Shown here one piece after another: positions 63,113 to 64,000 of a stretch of 64,000 bases of DNA. The DNA lies in contig CBDEGZ010000003.1 of the NCBI GenBank assembly GCA_965238175.1, positions 864,001 to 928,000 on the forward strand, written 5' to 3'. The translations under genes were made by a program, and so were the position numbers. The stretch's first letter is position 1, and each line of letters starts with the position of its first letter. Below the pieces are notes generated by a model, which was given only the letters and a program-made list of their open reading frames with translations, was not told the DNA's origin and did not search any database. This DNA comes from Gammaproteobacteria bacterium (GTDB lineage: Bacteria; Pseudomonadota; Gammaproteobacteria; CAJXQU01).

Positions 63113-64000
63113 ATGACGAAAATTATCAATAATATCGAGCCTTTGGTTCTTAACATCTCTGGGTTTGAGTACGCGGATCTTTATGATCCTTTGCGTCTTG
63201 AAGATCTTTCGGATCAATTTAATCGTAGCGTTGAAAAGCTTGATCCTGAGCTTGCTCGAGCATTTACAGAGTATCGAGATTGTCAGGGAGAAGGTATGTC
63301 GCCCCAGGCAATTTCTGAGCTGCTGGTTCGCATGGCACCATACGTGGGTACTTTTATCGCAAAGTTATTCAACATTGTCAGTGAACAAGCACAACAGAAG
63401 GCTGAAATTCTTGCAGATGTTGAGAGTATTTTTGTGCTTAAAAAGGAAGTCTTGGCTAAACTCGTCGCTAAATTCCGTGGTGAGGATTGTTCTGAATGGG
63501 ATATTGCAGATGTCAAAAATAATCTCGATCGTTTGACGGAAATCGCTTTCCCGGACACCTACGCAGCATATGTAAAAGATGGTGATCAAGAACGCGCAAT
63601 TGGACGTGTTGGTGCTGTTCTCGGCAAGCTTGCGAATCATTTCAAATTGATTGCTAAGGGTAAAGAAGGTGACTACGTTGGTGCTGATAAAGAGGTTTCG
63701 AGATTAAGAAATGTCGTTTTTTCCGATCAGATTTTTTCACGTGCAGCTGAACTTGATAATGACGCTGAATTTATAGATACGCTGTTGGAGGTAGTGCAGC
63801 GTTGGTGCTTTATCGCTCAAAATGATGAAGAATTAAAACAAGAAGTTGCCAGTTGGGTACTTTTTAAAACGCCGCATAAAACTGATTTTGATCATCTTGT
63901 TCATCATTTAACGATCGAAAAAGACGGTTACACCGTTTGGATGGGACCGGAGCAACGTCGCCGTCGCCGCGATGGGTTTGGCCTAACTGATCAGCGTTTC
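63113..64000 (+). CDS. Large FAD-dependent pyridine nucleotide-disulfide oxidoreductase (GltD-related), N-terminal part, runs off the window
   Basis: Manual translation MTKIINNIEPLVLNISGFEYADLYDP...WVLFKTPHKTDFDHLV...RRRRDGFGLTD, open to the window end; catalytic motifs not yet reached. Confidence 0.65.
   Translation, partial: MTKIINNIEPLVLNISGFEYADLYDPLRLEDLSDQFNRSVEKLDPELARAFTEYRDCQGEGMSPQAISELLVRMAPYVGTFIAKLFNIVSEQAQQKAEILADVESIFVLKKEVLAKLVAKFRGEDCSEWDIADVKNNLDRLTEIAFPDTYAAYVKDGDQERAIGRVGAVLGKLANHFKLIAKGKEGDYVGADKEVSRLRNVVFSDQIFSRAAELDNDAEFIDTLLEVVQRWCFIAQNDEELKQEVASWVLFKTPHKTDFDHLVHHLTIEKDGYTVWMGPEQRRRRRDGFGLTDQRF

Noticed and set aside
62951-63640. ORF-track proteins at 62951-63217, 63165-63536, 63283-63558 and 63365-63640
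   Set aside because: They overlap the long open frame starting at ATG 63113, which the track missed because it has no stop within the window.

Overview
Low-GC gammaproteobacterial chromosome segment. 0.2-45.5 kb is core genome: polA, a LOG-family gene, nadA, tRNA-Tyr/Gly/Thr-tuf-tRNA-Trp-secE-nusG-rplKAJL-rpoBC, the str, S10, spc and alpha ribosomal operons, one intact IS481-family element, ettA, yaaA, JAMM-moeB, prmC and prfA. 46.4-63.0 kb is an accessory polymorphic-toxin locus. It holds a secreted multi-domain lectin/Ig/FG-GAP protein, a signal-peptide-bearing SpvB/FG-GAP/RHS toxin with a lipoprotein immunity candidate, a 5'-truncated orphan RHS module with a different tip and its own lipoprotein, and a third inverted RHS C-terminal fragment. 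The most striking pattern is an intact HUH Y1 (RAYT/TIRYT-like) transposase with 26-bp terminal inverted repeats. The repeat core GGGGTCAG/CTGACCCC recurs at most module junctions in the locus (ends of immunity genes, start of the orphan RHS copy, breakpoints of IS3, IS110 and IS30 remnants, a 77-bp mini-element) and is also encoded in the RHS DPxG codons. I infer that this may be an HUH-nuclease-driven cassette-shuffling system for RHS toxins. All counts and alignments were done by eye; family assignments are from motif recognition, not database searches.
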